A stretch of 64,000 nt of DNA from a virus. The stretch's first letter is position 1. The number at the start of each line of letters is the position of its first letter. Location of the stretch: IMG/VR virus record IMGVR_UViG_3300020411_003715, positions 1 through 64,000 of that record, one strand, 5' to 3'. The notes beneath the pieces are model-generated. The model made no database searches and was not told the DNA's origin. It saw nothing but the letters and a program-made list of their open reading frames with translations. The position numbers and the translations under genes are program-made. Positions 19,089 to 27,935 of the stretch are shown here, piece after piece.

Positions 19089-19759
19089 TTGACCCAAGAA
19101 GACGGATTGTGCTCCTGGAGAAAATGGCCGCAGACAAGACTGCTAGTCTTGATGAGCTTAGTAGAAAGTATGACGGCCTCCTTGAAAAAATTAAAGGCGG
19201 CGTAGACAAGGCGGCAAAGACCCCTATCGGGGGAGTCTCCATGAGTGACCTGGGCAGGAATCTTTCTGAGGGAGTTTGGAGTGGCCCTGGAAAGCTGGGC
19301 AAGGCTGGATACGAAAGCACAAGTGAGAAGTTGAAGCGCTGGCTCCTAGGTAAGAAGGCCACGTCCGGCCCGCAGGCTGGTAAGAGGCTTCACGCTGTCC
19401 CCGGTGGTCTGGGGGAGGGCATTAAGCAAATCAGCAAGGCTGAGTATGACGCTGTTAAGGCTGGCAAGAAGGCCGGTGAAGTTATGACGGGTAAGGTCGG
19501 AAAAGAAACGGCCTACTTCGGAAGGAAGTTTAGGCCAAAAGGTTTGGCCGGCTTAGTCATGAAGCACCCTGGCAAGTCAGGCTTGGCCGCGCTTGCCGCA
19601 TATTGGCTGCTTAAGGATAAGGGCTCAAGGCAGGCTGCTGGTCAAGTCGCCAGCCAGATTGCTCCAAAGCCTCAGCGCGGACTTACTGCTGACGCCCAAA
19701 AAGAGTGGGCAAAAGAATTAAATTACTCAAATCCGTTAGCTGAGAAGGCGTGGGGTTAA
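19085..19759 (+). CDS. Basic Gly/Lys-rich virion protein
   Basis: LLEKMAADKTAS near the N-terminus; hydrophobic GLAALAAYWLL segment. Confidence 0.7.
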   Translation: MIDPRRRIVLLEKMAADKTASLDELSRKYDGLLEKIKGGVDKAAKTPIGGVSMSDLGRNLSEGVWSGPGKLGKAGYESTSEKLKRWLLGKKATSGPQAGKRLHAVPGGLGEGIKQISKAEYDAVKAGKKAGEVMTGKVGKETAYFGRKFRPKGLAGLVMKHPGKSGLAALAAYWLLKDKGSRQAAGQVASQIAPKPQRGLTADAQKEWAKELNYSNPLAEKAWG

Positions 19760-20661
19760 TCATGAAAAGTGTTGAGCAGGTTCTCAGGGATAAGCTAGCT
19801 AGTAAAAAAGAAAAGAAAGATCCCAGCGTTCTGAAGCACACCGCAGCCGGGGCTGCAGCGGGTGCGGGACTTGGTGTGGCCGAAACGCTTGCCAGAGGTG
19901 GGATCCTTTCCGTCAAGGGGACGGGAGGGGCGATTACCGGGGCTGGTCTCGGTGCGATAATCGGAGCCATCAAGAAGAAAAAGGCTAAGGAAGACAAAAA
20001 GAAACACGCCATGCCTGCGCATCAGGGCACTTGGACTGTTCCTCCTCCTGCAACCACTACCACTAGCGTCCCGAAAGTGGGAAAGAAGATTAGGCCGCTT
20101 AAAAACCCACACACAGCCCAGGCCGTGGGCACGAAGGGAGTTTCGACAATGGCGAGCCTGAGCAAGGTTTCTGGGGCAATGTCAAAAGAGGCTAGGTTTG
20201 GCGCACTCAAAGCGGGGCTCAAAAACTCAGCCATTGGGAAGATGTTCGCCTCGGCGTTAGCTGATGAGGGGGTTAAGTCCGGTCTCAAGAAGGCCCTTGT
20301 CTTCGGGACGGCCGGCGCTGGGCTTACTGCAGGTATTCGTGGAGCGGACGCCGCGATTGATTCTATCCGGAAGCCTCTCCATAAGCGCAGATCCTTTAAC
20401 AATATGATGGAAGACAATCCTTCCCTTAAGCGGGAGGATGAAAAAGATGTGAAGCGCATCTTCAACACGCTTCACAGGTTCAATCCTGAAATGGCATCAG
20501 ACCCACTTGTTTCGGGGTCCTTTATGCGAAGGGCGCTACAATTCAAGGAGGAGGGGATCCAGCCTGTTGATGTTAAAACGCTCGCAGAGGTAGGAAAGCT
20601 ATCACGAGAGGGTCGCAACAAAGAGAGTCTTTTAAAGGCAATGTTCGGCTCGGCTCTATGA
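19750..20661 (+). CDS. Basic virion protein with glycine zippers
   Basis: AAGAAAGAGLG, GGAITGAGLGAIIGA; C-terminal NPEMASDPLVSGSFMRR domain; DKLAS, SKEAR. Confidence 0.7.
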   Translation: MGLIMKSVEQVLRDKLASKKEKKDPSVLKHTAAGAAAGAGLGVAETLARGGILSVKGTGGAITGAGLGAIIGAIKKKKAKEDKKKHAMPAHQGTWTVPPPATTTTSVPKVGKKIRPLKNPHTAQAVGTKGVSTMASLSKVSGAMSKEARFGALKAGLKNSAIGKMFASALADEGVKSGLKKALVFGTAGAGLTAGIRGADAAIDSIRKPLHKRRSFNNMMEDNPSLKREDEKDVKRIFNTLHRFNPEMASDPLVSGSFMRRALQFKEEGIQPVDVKTLAEVGKLSREGRNKESLLKAMFGSAL

Positions 20662-20669
20662 GGGACTAA

Positions 20670-21377
20670 ATGGCTGAGGGCTCTAAAAACGATAGATCCA
20701 GGACCGCTGAGTTCCTTGCTTCAAGAACGGGCAAGGCGCTTACCGGTGCAGGCTTTACTGCTGCAAGCCTCCTTGCTTTGCGTAAGATTGTGGGTAGCCG
20801 AGCAATCTCCCGTAGCGGACTTGGCTCAAAGCTCTTGGCGAATCTTAAAAATAGAGACATAGCCACATCTTCAGGCTTGGCAGGAGCCTTTGGTGCTGGC
20901 TTTGCCAACTACGACAGAAACGACTACGCGAAGCACTTGGCGGCCAAGCTCAGGGCTGGGGACAAAGATTTTACCAAAACAGAGAAACGCTTCTTAAGTA
21001 AGCACATGGACCTCCGCACAACCCCTGAGAATAAGCGTAAAAAGGGCTTCAGCGATGTATATTGGTCCCCGGCAAAATGGGGCGCTACCAGCGCTGGACT
21101 TTCTGGGCTCGGGGCGCTGCTAGGATCTAAAACCAAGAAGGTGACCACCCCCGAAGGGGTGAAGTCGGTGTCTCGGTTTGCCTTAACCCCGAAAGCGGTG
21201 GTCCCTGCGGCGTTAACGTCCTTACCAACAATGGTGGGGGAGACTGCGATCCGGAGAGCTGTTCACGCCAAGGCGCTTGCAAGCAGGCTATCTTCTGGAA
21301 AAGACCTCTTCCCAGAAGAGAAGAAACTGTTGCAGACTATCAAAAGGTTGCGACAAGAGAAGGCTAGAAATGCTTAA
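20670..21377 (+). CDS. Basic Gly/Ala-rich virion protein
   Basis: 235 aa; two similar halves, each with GLAGAFGAG/GLSGLGA followed by a K-rich helix. Confidence 0.7.
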   Translation: MAEGSKNDRSRTAEFLASRTGKALTGAGFTAASLLALRKIVGSRAISRSGLGSKLLANLKNRDIATSSGLAGAFGAGFANYDRNDYAKHLAAKLRAGDKDFTKTEKRFLSKHMDLRTTPENKRKKGFSDVYWSPAKWGATSAGLSGLGALLGSKTKKVTTPEGVKSVSRFALTPKAVVPAALTSLPTMVGETAIRRAVHAKALASRLSSGKDLFPEEKKLLQTIKRLRQEKARNA

Positions 21378-23055
21378 ACTGCTCACATTCCCAGGGTCGG
21401 ACGATGACGGGAACATCTTTGTTCAGGCGATTGAGCCTGAGTCCGGACTCACCAAGATTGCTTCACAAGGAAAGCTATCCCAAGAAATAGAGGATTATAT
21501 ATCCTCCATCAGACCCTCTTCTTGCACTACCTACGTTATGGTTAACGCTCTGGGTGCAGGAGAGTATTACGGCAGTAATATTAACGGAGACTACTTTGAG
21601 GAGTCTGAGCTTAATCCCAAGGCGGACACTGAGCTTTCTGGGTTTCGGACCTTTGCTAACGCTGGTATATACAGACACCACAAGAACAAGGATAAGGCCC
21701 GGTCCATGGGCGAGATCGTTTGTTCTGCGTACAACCCGGTCATGCATAGGGTTGAGCTTATACTTAAGATTGATCGGAAAAAGGCTGAGGCTGAGGGGCA
21801 CGGTGATCTTCTAAGAAAGCTTGACGCGGGAGAGCATCCAGCCGTCAGCATGGGGTGCAAGGTCAAGTACGACATTTGTTCAATATGCGGGCACAAGTCC
21901 AAAACAAGAAAAGACTACTGTGTCCACACCAAGACAATGATGGGCAAGGTTTTTCCTGATGGAAGAAAGGTTTTTGTATACAACCCCAAGCCCAGGTTTT
22001 TTGACCTGAGCTTTGTTGTTATCGGAGCCGATCGAACAAGCTATGCAATGGCTAAGGTTGCTTCCGCACCCAACCCATCGTCTGCACTTGCGGCAGAAGA
22101 GGGTGGACTAAGGGATGGAGATGCGATTAGAAGACTCAAGACGAAGCTTGCTAAGAAGCAGAAGCTTTCTGAGATCTTAAAACGCGTTCCCGCAATGTCG
22201 TCCAAAGTAATGAAGCCTATTAACGAATCGGAGCCAGATATCCCACGCTCAGTCTTAAGTCGCCTTGGGGGCCACAGCCTAGACAAGGTTTTGACGACAA
22301 GCGCAGCAAGCGGGATTGTCCTTAAGCCGCGTGAGTATCAGAAGATAATTCTGATCCGTATCGGTAAGCCCGATATGGCGGAAAGGCTAGACCGCGCTGG
22401 GCACGTGTTCCCCCAGACTTCTGCTGTGGATAAGAGTGTTCCGCTTGGCCGTCCAAGCGATCACTCCCACAGCATTAGAAACTTATTGCTGAACATTATA
22501 CCGGAAAGAAGTATGTTCAGCCCGGTTCTGCATAAACGCATTACCGTTATTAAACCTTTAGGGGGTTCCACTTCCCCTGAGATGAAGCGTATGCTTCTGA
22601 TGCGAAAGCTAGGTAGCACTGTTGATATCAATCTATCAGATGACGAAAAAGGTCTTCTTAATAAGATTGCAGCAAGTTACAATGGTTATCGCATACAGCT
22701 TATGGAAAATATGCCTTCCATAGTTGATGATATTACTAGAGGTGATATAAAGTTGCTTTCCACGATTGACGACGGCGCAGGACTTGAGGACGCGTTTATG
22801 GGACCAGACATAACCAAAGAAGCAAAATTGCCTTTTGCGCTTCTAGGGGTTTTGCCCATGGCGTATCTTTACGGGGCTCATGCTCGAAAAGAGCGGGGTC
22901 AAGGTAAGTCTCTCGGCGCACTAGACAAGTTTGTGGAGCGGCATCCGGTTTTGGCAACTTCTGTTTTTGTTGGCCTTACTCGTCTAGGCGCTAAGATGCA
23001 TGGGGCGGGTATGTTTGGCAAAGGGATGGAGAAATTACTTGCTAAGATCGACTAA
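21370..23055 (+). CDS. Prohead maturation protease (HK97/assemblin-fold) with Zn-finger insert and long C-terminal extension
   Basis: YRHH (His), AVSMG (Ser), then CSICGH...YCVH and FDLSFVVIGAD matching the H...SxG...ExSxVxxPA pattern. Start set at MLKLLTF (21370), overlapping the upstream stop. Confidence 0.8.
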   Translation: MLKLLTFPGSDDDGNIFVQAIEPESGLTKIASQGKLSQEIEDYISSIRPSSCTTYVMVNALGAGEYYGSNINGDYFEESELNPKADTELSGFRTFANAGIYRHHKNKDKARSMGEIVCSAYNPVMHRVELILKIDRKKAEAEGHGDLLRKLDAGEHPAVSMGCKVKYDICSICGHKSKTRKDYCVHTKTMMGKVFPDGRKVFVYNPKPRFFDLSFVVIGADRTSYAMAKVASAPNPSSALAAEEGGLRDGDAIRRLKTKLAKKQKLSEILKRVPAMSSKVMKPINESEPDIPRSVLSRLGGHSLDKVLTTSAASGIVLKPREYQKIILIRIGKPDMAERLDRAGHVFPQTSAVDKSVPLGRPSDHSHSIRNLLLNIIPERSMFSPVLHKRITVIKPLGGSTSPEMKRMLLMRKLGSTVDINLSDDEKGLLNKIAASYNGYRIQLMENMPSIVDDITRGDIKLLSTIDDGAGLEDAFMGPDITKEAKLPFALLGVLPMAYLYGAHARKERGQGKSLGALDKFVERHPVLATSVFVGLTRLGAKMHGAGMFGKGMEKLLAKID

Positions 23056-23148
23056 TCGCCATGAGGTATTGAGGTTGAATATCAGCCAAAGACAGTGCCC
23101 CCGGCAGGTCCACTTTAATTTTAAACGTAACCCTGGAGGGTACAGAAA

Positions 23149-23757
23149 ATGAACGAATTACTTGCACAAGCATATGGCACCGGTGCGAACATCGAGGCCA
23201 ACACTGGAGTTGAGAAGACCGCTGAGGCTGTTCTTCTTGAGGAACTGGAAAAGATCGCAACCGCTGAGGGCATTGACCTCAACGAGTTTGATGACAATGA
23301 CATCATGGAGATCATTGGCGAGGCTCTTGGCGAGACTCAGATCAAGACCGCTTCTGCCGAAGGCGAAGAGGTTGATGTTGAGGAAGGCGAGGCCAAGCTG
23401 GCTGAGGCTGACTTCTTGGGTCGCACCATGGCGCACGCTTTCTATGACGAGCTTACTTCCATCCAGCACACTGGAGTTGAGAAGACCGCTGGTCGCAACA
23501 GCGACAACTTCTTGATTGAGAAGACCGCTGCTGAGGGCGACATCGATCCTGAGTTAATGGCCGCTTTTGAGGAAGCTGCTGTTGCTCGTGCCAACGAGAT
23601 CATCGACTACCTCGACACTGGTGAAGTCAAGCAGTCTTCGGCTGCCTATGACGATGAGGAGCTTGACGGTGCGATCACTGAGCGTGCTGGTGAGCTTCTT
23701 GCCGAGAATGGTTATGATGTTGATGCAATTGCTACTGCTCTCACCGAGGCTGAGTAA
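23149..23757 (+). CDS. Acidic scaffold-like protein
   Basis: Very acidic and helical; GGAGG SD; 6 of its 7 lysines are in K-x-A. Confidence 0.65.
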   Translation: MNELLAQAYGTGANIEANTGVEKTAEAVLLEELEKIATAEGIDLNEFDDNDIMEIIGEALGETQIKTASAEGEEVDVEEGEAKLAEADFLGRTMAHAFYDELTSIQHTGVEKTAGRNSDNFLIEKTAAEGDIDPELMAAFEEAAVARANEIIDYLDTGEVKQSSAAYDDEELDGAITERAGELLAENGYDVDAIATALTEAE

Positions 23758-23759
23758 TA

Positions 23760-23948
23760 TTGATGTCTGATACGGGTAAAAAGCCTGAACTTGATCGCCT
23801 CAAGAAGGTGTTTCGCCAAGCCAGCAAAGATGGGAAAACCTCACTTAAGGCTGGAAAGGCGGTCATGGATAAAGATCCTGACAAGGCTGCTTTGTTTACC
23901 CTATTAGCTGGTAATATTATCAGTAGTAGCAAGTCGCAGAAGCGATAG
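23760..23948 (+). CDS. Small basic hypothetical protein
   Basis: 62-aa ORF packed between neighbours. Confidence 0.55.
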   Translation: MMSDTGKKPELDRLKKVFRQASKDGKTSLKAGKAVMDKDPDKAALFTLLAGNIISSSKSQKR

Positions 23949-23955
23949 TGTGACG

Positions 23956-23984
23956 GCCCCGCCCGGGGATGACTCGGGTGGGGC
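23956..23984 (+). terminator. GC-rich 12-bp hairpin before the second scaffold-like gene
   Basis: GCCCCGCCCGGG-GATGA-CTCGGGTGGGGC with G-U pairs valid on the + strand; no U-tract, so it may be a stabiliser or processing site. Confidence 0.45.
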
Positions 23985-24005
23985 TAGTCCCCAGGAGAAA
24001 AGAAT

Positions 24006-24794
24006 ATGTCATCTTTAGATACACTGATTCAGAAGCTTGCTGGGGCACCATCTTCCGTTTCCGCGTCCGATAGCACCGAGGGTGAAGTACCGGTAGTTGA
24101 TCGCGTGGAACTCATCGATCCTGTATACGTTGAAAAGCTAGCCTCTGCGGTTGACTTTATTATGGATAACTGGTCCGGTGAAGAAGAGGTGCTTGCAACA
24201 GAAAGCGATACCGATCCTACTGAGACCAAGGAAGCTGCAGCAGAGGTTGTTGCCCCTGTCCAGAACCAAGCTCCCCCCGAAGAGACTGTTTCGGCGATGT
24301 CCGACCTTCTCCGCAATAAGCTTCAGGCCCGAATGTCTGAGAAGACTGCTGCTGCGGAACAGGAAACAAATCAAAACAATAAGGATGTTGCGGAGGCAAT
24401 TCTTGGAAAGCTTTTACAGCTTAAGTCCAGTGCTGACGTGGCAACCGATCTGGGAGACTCCGATAAGACGGCCCAACCTCTTGAGGATGAGGCTGCTCTA
24501 GAGGAAAGCTTCTCTGTAGAAGAAAACATTTATAGTGATAGTAATAACTCGGACGTATCAAATGATGCGGACGGCGACGCAGCGATCAAAGCGGCTTCCG
24601 CAGGTCAAAGTCTCGCAGATGTGCTGAATGCAGCACTTGGTACTGACGAACAGTCCGTCGAGAGCGCTTCAGAGGAAAGCGCGAAGACCGCTGGGGTTCG
24701 TGGTAGCGAAGAGTCAACAAAGACTCGTAAGGCAGCCACTCAGGTTCTCAAAACGAAGCTGATGGCAAAGGTCGGTGAGGAGGCACAATCATGA
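24006..24794 (+). CDS. Acidic scaffold-like protein
   Basis: 262 aa, acidic and helical; AGGAG SD; QKLAG, EKLAS, TKEAA, EKTAA, AKTAG. Confidence 0.65.
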   Translation: MSSLDTLIQKLAGAPSSVSASDSTEGEVPVVDRVELIDPVYVEKLASAVDFIMDNWSGEEEVLATESDTDPTETKEAAAEVVAPVQNQAPPEETVSAMSDLLRNKLQARMSEKTAAAEQETNQNNKDVAEAILGKLLQLKSSADVATDLGDSDKTAQPLEDEAALEESFSVEENIYSDSNNSDVSNDADGDAAIKAASAGQSLADVLNAALGTDEQSVESASEESAKTAGVRGSEESTKTRKAATQVLKTKLMAKVGEEAQS

Positions 24795-25138
24795 GCACAA
24801 TTAATCCTGATTCCACCCGAGAGGTTTTATCCAAGGTCCCAGACACCCTTAGGGCTCTGGTCGAGGAAAACACCAAACTCGCTTCTGCTCTAGAAGAGTA
24901 TCAGCGACGGGAAAAAGCAGAAGAAATCGTAAGCATGATGGACGCTCGTGGATTCTCTGACAAAGCAACTCCTTTCAAGAAGAAGGTAGCAGCACTGCTG
25001 GCTTCTAAGAAGGATTTGGGTGTTGTCAAGGAAGCATTAGCACTATCCGCACCAGACATGTCCTTTGCATCAATCTCCGATGTGCCGGAATCATCTGATG
25101 CAACTTCCGCTTTCGAGAACTTCCTTCTCGAAAACTAA
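24791..25138 (+). CDS. Scaffold-like coiled-coil protein
   Basis: 115 aa; ends AFENFLLEN, like scaffold C-terminal capsid-binding helices (inference). Confidence 0.55.
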   Translation: MSTINPDSTREVLSKVPDTLRALVEENTKLASALEEYQRREKAEEIVSMMDARGFSDKATPFKKKVAALLASKKDLGVVKEALALSAPDMSFASISDVPESSDATSAFENFLLEN

Positions 25139-25168
25139 CTTTTAACCTGTAAGAAGGAGAAATCCAAA

Positions 25169-25747
25169 ATGGCATTAGTACCATTACAGGCCAATAAGAG
25201 GCGGAGCGTTAGCCCTACCACGTCAACTCTTCACATGCTTGTCGAAGACGTAGACTGTAGCGCCCTCGCTGCGGCTCCTGAGGATGGCCAGTTTATTGTT
25301 GCAGTTTCCAAGACCGCCGGTGCAAACCCTGCGGACGAGGCGTTGTCAAACAACAACGCAGCGTTGACCACCGAATTAGGTCATGGACTTTGTATGGTAT
25401 GGGGGTCGGCCCAACGGTCTGACCGCTCTGCGCTGGGTGACCAGCGTGTTCCTGTTATCCGTAAAGGCGGCGGACGCTTTAAGACTAAGTTCTTTCTGCA
25501 CGAAGCTGGGGATCCCGCGATCTCGACCAAGTACGTTGAGGGCGCTCCCCTCACCGTGATGCACACACCCGATGCTGTCCAGGGTTCTGCTGATCGACTG
25601 ATGTTAGCTCCGGCTGCTTCCGCGAGCGGCAACAGCTGCTGGATTGTTGGTTACTGCGTCCGCGTGATCAATGACTCTCAGGTGTCTGGCACCGGTGAGA
25701 TTGAGTTTTACCTTTACGATCAACCACGACTCGTCGTGAAAGCCTAA
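25169..25747 (+). CDS. Putative capsid decoration/cement protein
   Basis: Beta-rich 192 aa directly upstream of the major capsid gene; strong AAGGAG SD. Confidence 0.55.
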   Translation: MALVPLQANKRRSVSPTTSTLHMLVEDVDCSALAAAPEDGQFIVAVSKTAGANPADEALSNNNAALTTELGHGLCMVWGSAQRSDRSALGDQRVPVIRKGGGRFKTKFFLHEAGDPAISTKYVEGAPLTVMHTPDAVQGSADRLMLAPAASASGNSCWIVGYCVRVINDSQVSGTGEIEFYLYDQPRLVVKA

Positions 25748-25763
25748 TAAGGGGGATTGAAAA

Positions 25764-26957
25764 ATGTCTAGTGTACCTAGCGAAGTCCTCAACGAGCTTT
25801 TTGTTTCTAAGCTCGATAGTGAGGCTGGTAAAGAAAAGATTGCCGCCCTTGGTGGTGACTACATTCGTGACCGTCTGCGTGAGGAGAGTTTTGCTCGCAA
25901 GATTCTTCCCCCAAAGACTGTTTCCCGTTCTGACCTTCAGGTCAGTGTTTCCCATGATACCCTGGTTAAGATCGTAGAGGTCGAACCCCAGAGCCGTGCC
26001 ATGAGTATGTCTTTCCGAGGCCAGCCCTCGGTTAAGTACTACACTGGTCCGCGCTTTGAGGTGCCCTTCCACACGGTGGGCTCCGAGCGATACGAGCAGA
26101 CTGAGCAGGAGTTGATGGCATACACGATGCCTATTACGGAGATCATCCGTCGTAACATCGTGAACGATATCCAAGAGGTTGAGGACACCGTGTTCTTGAA
26201 CCACATGGAGTCGGCATGTCAGTCGCTTCAGCAGGATGCACAAGGCCTTACGTTCGGTGATGATTACGCTGCTGCTGCGGCGTTCTCCGCTAAGAACGTC
26301 AACGGAGGCGTTGCCGAAGTTGGTAAGGTTAAGGGTGTCGATGTCCTTCAGAACTCGGACTCTGCTCTTGCAGATGCCGCTGCTTGTGACGAGGATCTTG
26401 CGTTCCCCGTCCAGAAGGATGACTTCATTAAGCTGTTCCAGCTGTTCACGGGCTCGGGTAACCGAGGTTCGCGTCTGCGCTGCGATCAGTTCTTGATGAC
26501 TGACACTGATTTCGAAGACCTCAATGCTTGGGCTCATAGCGACATGGGTGACAAGATTGTTGGCGAGACCACCGTTGATGGATACAAGTACTCCACGGTC
26601 ATTGGCCGTAAGTTCGTTCGTACCCTGAAGACGGATATCCTGCGTCCCGGCAACATCTACGCATTCTGTGCGCAAGAGTTCTTGGGCGGCTTCTTGCTTC
26701 TCAACAAGACGAAGTTCTACGCTGACAAAGAGCGTAACCGAGTCTCGTTCGAGGCGTGGGAAGACATTGGTATGTACGTCGGTAACGTTGCCGGTGTGCG
26801 TAAGCTTGAGCTTTACGCTGGTTCTGTTGAGACCGTCACTGGCGCTCCCAACCCGAACACGCGTGCTGCGCGGCTCCCAGTGTCTGAGGAAGACCTCGGA
26901 TCGAAGAACAACCTTGTTGAGGAAGGCGAGACTTTCCCGAAGGTTACGTCCTTCTAG
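25764..26957 (+). CDS. Major capsid protein (HK97 fold presumed)
   Basis: 397 aa with strongly biased codon usage; lies after protease/scaffold/decoration genes and before neck genes; followed by a UUCG hairpin. Confidence 0.8.
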   Translation: MSSVPSEVLNELFVSKLDSEAGKEKIAALGGDYIRDRLREESFARKILPPKTVSRSDLQVSVSHDTLVKIVEVEPQSRAMSMSFRGQPSVKYYTGPRFEVPFHTVGSERYEQTEQELMAYTMPITEIIRRNIVNDIQEVEDTVFLNHMESACQSLQQDAQGLTFGDDYAAAAAFSAKNVNGGVAEVGKVKGVDVLQNSDSALADAAACDEDLAFPVQKDDFIKLFQLFTGSGNRGSRLRCDQFLMTDTDFEDLNAWAHSDMGDKIVGETTVDGYKYSTVIGRKFVRTLKTDILRPGNIYAFCAQEFLGGFLLLNKTKFYADKERNRVSFEAWEDIGMYVGNVAGVRKLELYAGSVETVTGAPNPNTRAARLPVSEEDLGSKNNLVEEGETFPKVTSF

Positions 26958-26967
26958 TTTGAATGTG

Positions 26968-27000
26968 GGGGGTGCTCTCGGCTTCGGTCGGGGGCATCCC
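26968..27000 (+). terminator. 14-bp hairpin with C(UUCG)G tetraloop after the capsid gene
   Basis: GGGTGCTCTCGGC-TTCG-GTCGGGGGCATCCC; several G-U pairs valid only on the + strand. Confidence 0.75.
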
Positions 27001-27027
27001 TTGCATCTTTATCAGGAGATAATAATT

Positions 27028-27576
27028 ATGCCTTATGTGATTAAGAACTTGATGAATACGCGAAGAGATCCAAATAGGCGTCCCAAGAAGGGCGGTCGAC
27101 ACAAGGTCCCGGGTATTCGACGTGCTTATGCGCGGCTGACGATCGGTAAGCGATCTATCAAGGTTGGCAAGCAGATTTCTATCAGCGACGCTGTTTACGA
27201 AAAGTTCAAAGCCAAGATTGATGCGTTGGCGCTCAATGGAATCATTAGTTTGACTAAGATCGGTTCCGCAGACAGTAACTGGGAGCCGGAGCCACTCCAC
27301 GTTCCAGCACCACCTCCGCCCGAGCCTCCTAAGGAAGAAAAGCCTGAGAAAGAGGACGATGGCGTGATTGAGATTCAGCTTTCGGAGGAGCCCGCCCCTG
27401 AGCCTGCTCCTGAGCCTGCTCCCGAACCTGAGCCAGAGCCTGAGCCGGAGCCTGAGCCGGAGCCCGAACCTGAGCCGGAGCCTGAGCCGGAACCTGCTCC
27501 AGAGCCTGAGCCAGAAGAGAAGCCTAAGAAGAAGAAGACTACTCGTAGGCGTTCTAGAAAGAAAAAGGATGACTAG
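27028..27576 (+). CDS. Hypothetical protein with (Pro-Glu)n linker and Lys/Arg-rich tail
   Basis: Start reset to MPYVIK (AGGAG SD); the upstream part of ORF 26668.. is a shadow of the capsid gene. Confidence 0.75.
   Translation: MPYVIKNLMNTRRDPNRRPKKGGRHKVPGIRRAYARLTIGKRSIKVGKQISISDAVYEKFKAKIDALALNGIISLTKIGSADSNWEPEPLHVPAPPPPEPPKEEKPEKEDDGVIEIQLSEEPAPEPAPEPAPEPEPEPEPEPEPEPEPEPEPEPEPAPEPEPEEKPKKKKTTRRRSRKKKDD
27386..27516 (+). repeat. Imperfect 6/12-bp tandem repeat (CCTGAG/CCGGAG) encoding [10 protein letters not shown]
   Basis: Read directly. Confidence 0.9.
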
Positions 27577-27578
27577 CG

Positions 27579-27935
27579 ATGTTTCTTCGAAGCGAAAAGA
27601 GATCTATACGAATTAAAGGCGTTTACCTGTTGAAGGGCGACACTGTGGAGATCCCTGCGACCGAAGCAAGCATCTACAAAGAGATTATTGACAGTGGCCT
27701 TGTGTCTCTGCTGGACAGGGACCCAAACAAGAAGGCCAGCACTACGCCCAAAGCTGCGTGCAAACCTAAATGCTCTAATGCGGCAGATGATGGTGAGTGC
27801 AAGACCGAGTGTAAGGTCGAGGCTAAGAGCAAGACGAAAGAGAAGAAGGCCGCCACCCCCGCAGGGAAGAAATCTCGCCGAAAGCGAGGTCCACGCGCAA
27901 AGGCGTCCGGGGGCAACCTAACTGATGGCAAATGA
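27579..27935 (+). CDS. Small basic hypothetical protein
   Basis: 118 aa; Cys cluster and K-rich tail. Confidence 0.65.
   Translation: MFLRSEKRSIRIKGVYLLKGDTVEIPATEASIYKEIIDSGLVSLLDRDPNKKASTTPKAACKPKCSNAADDGECKTECKVEAKSKTKEKKAATPAGKKSRRKRGPRAKASGGNLTDGK

Noticed and set aside
26668-27027. First 120 codons of the 302-aa ORF
   Set aside because: Out-of-frame shadow of the capsid gene that runs through its terminator hairpin; a real SD and ATG exist at 27028.
27386-27516. CRISPR-like or satellite array
   Set aside because: Short 6/12-bp units without spacers, in frame, encoding Pro-Glu. No CRISPR array was seen anywhere in the window.
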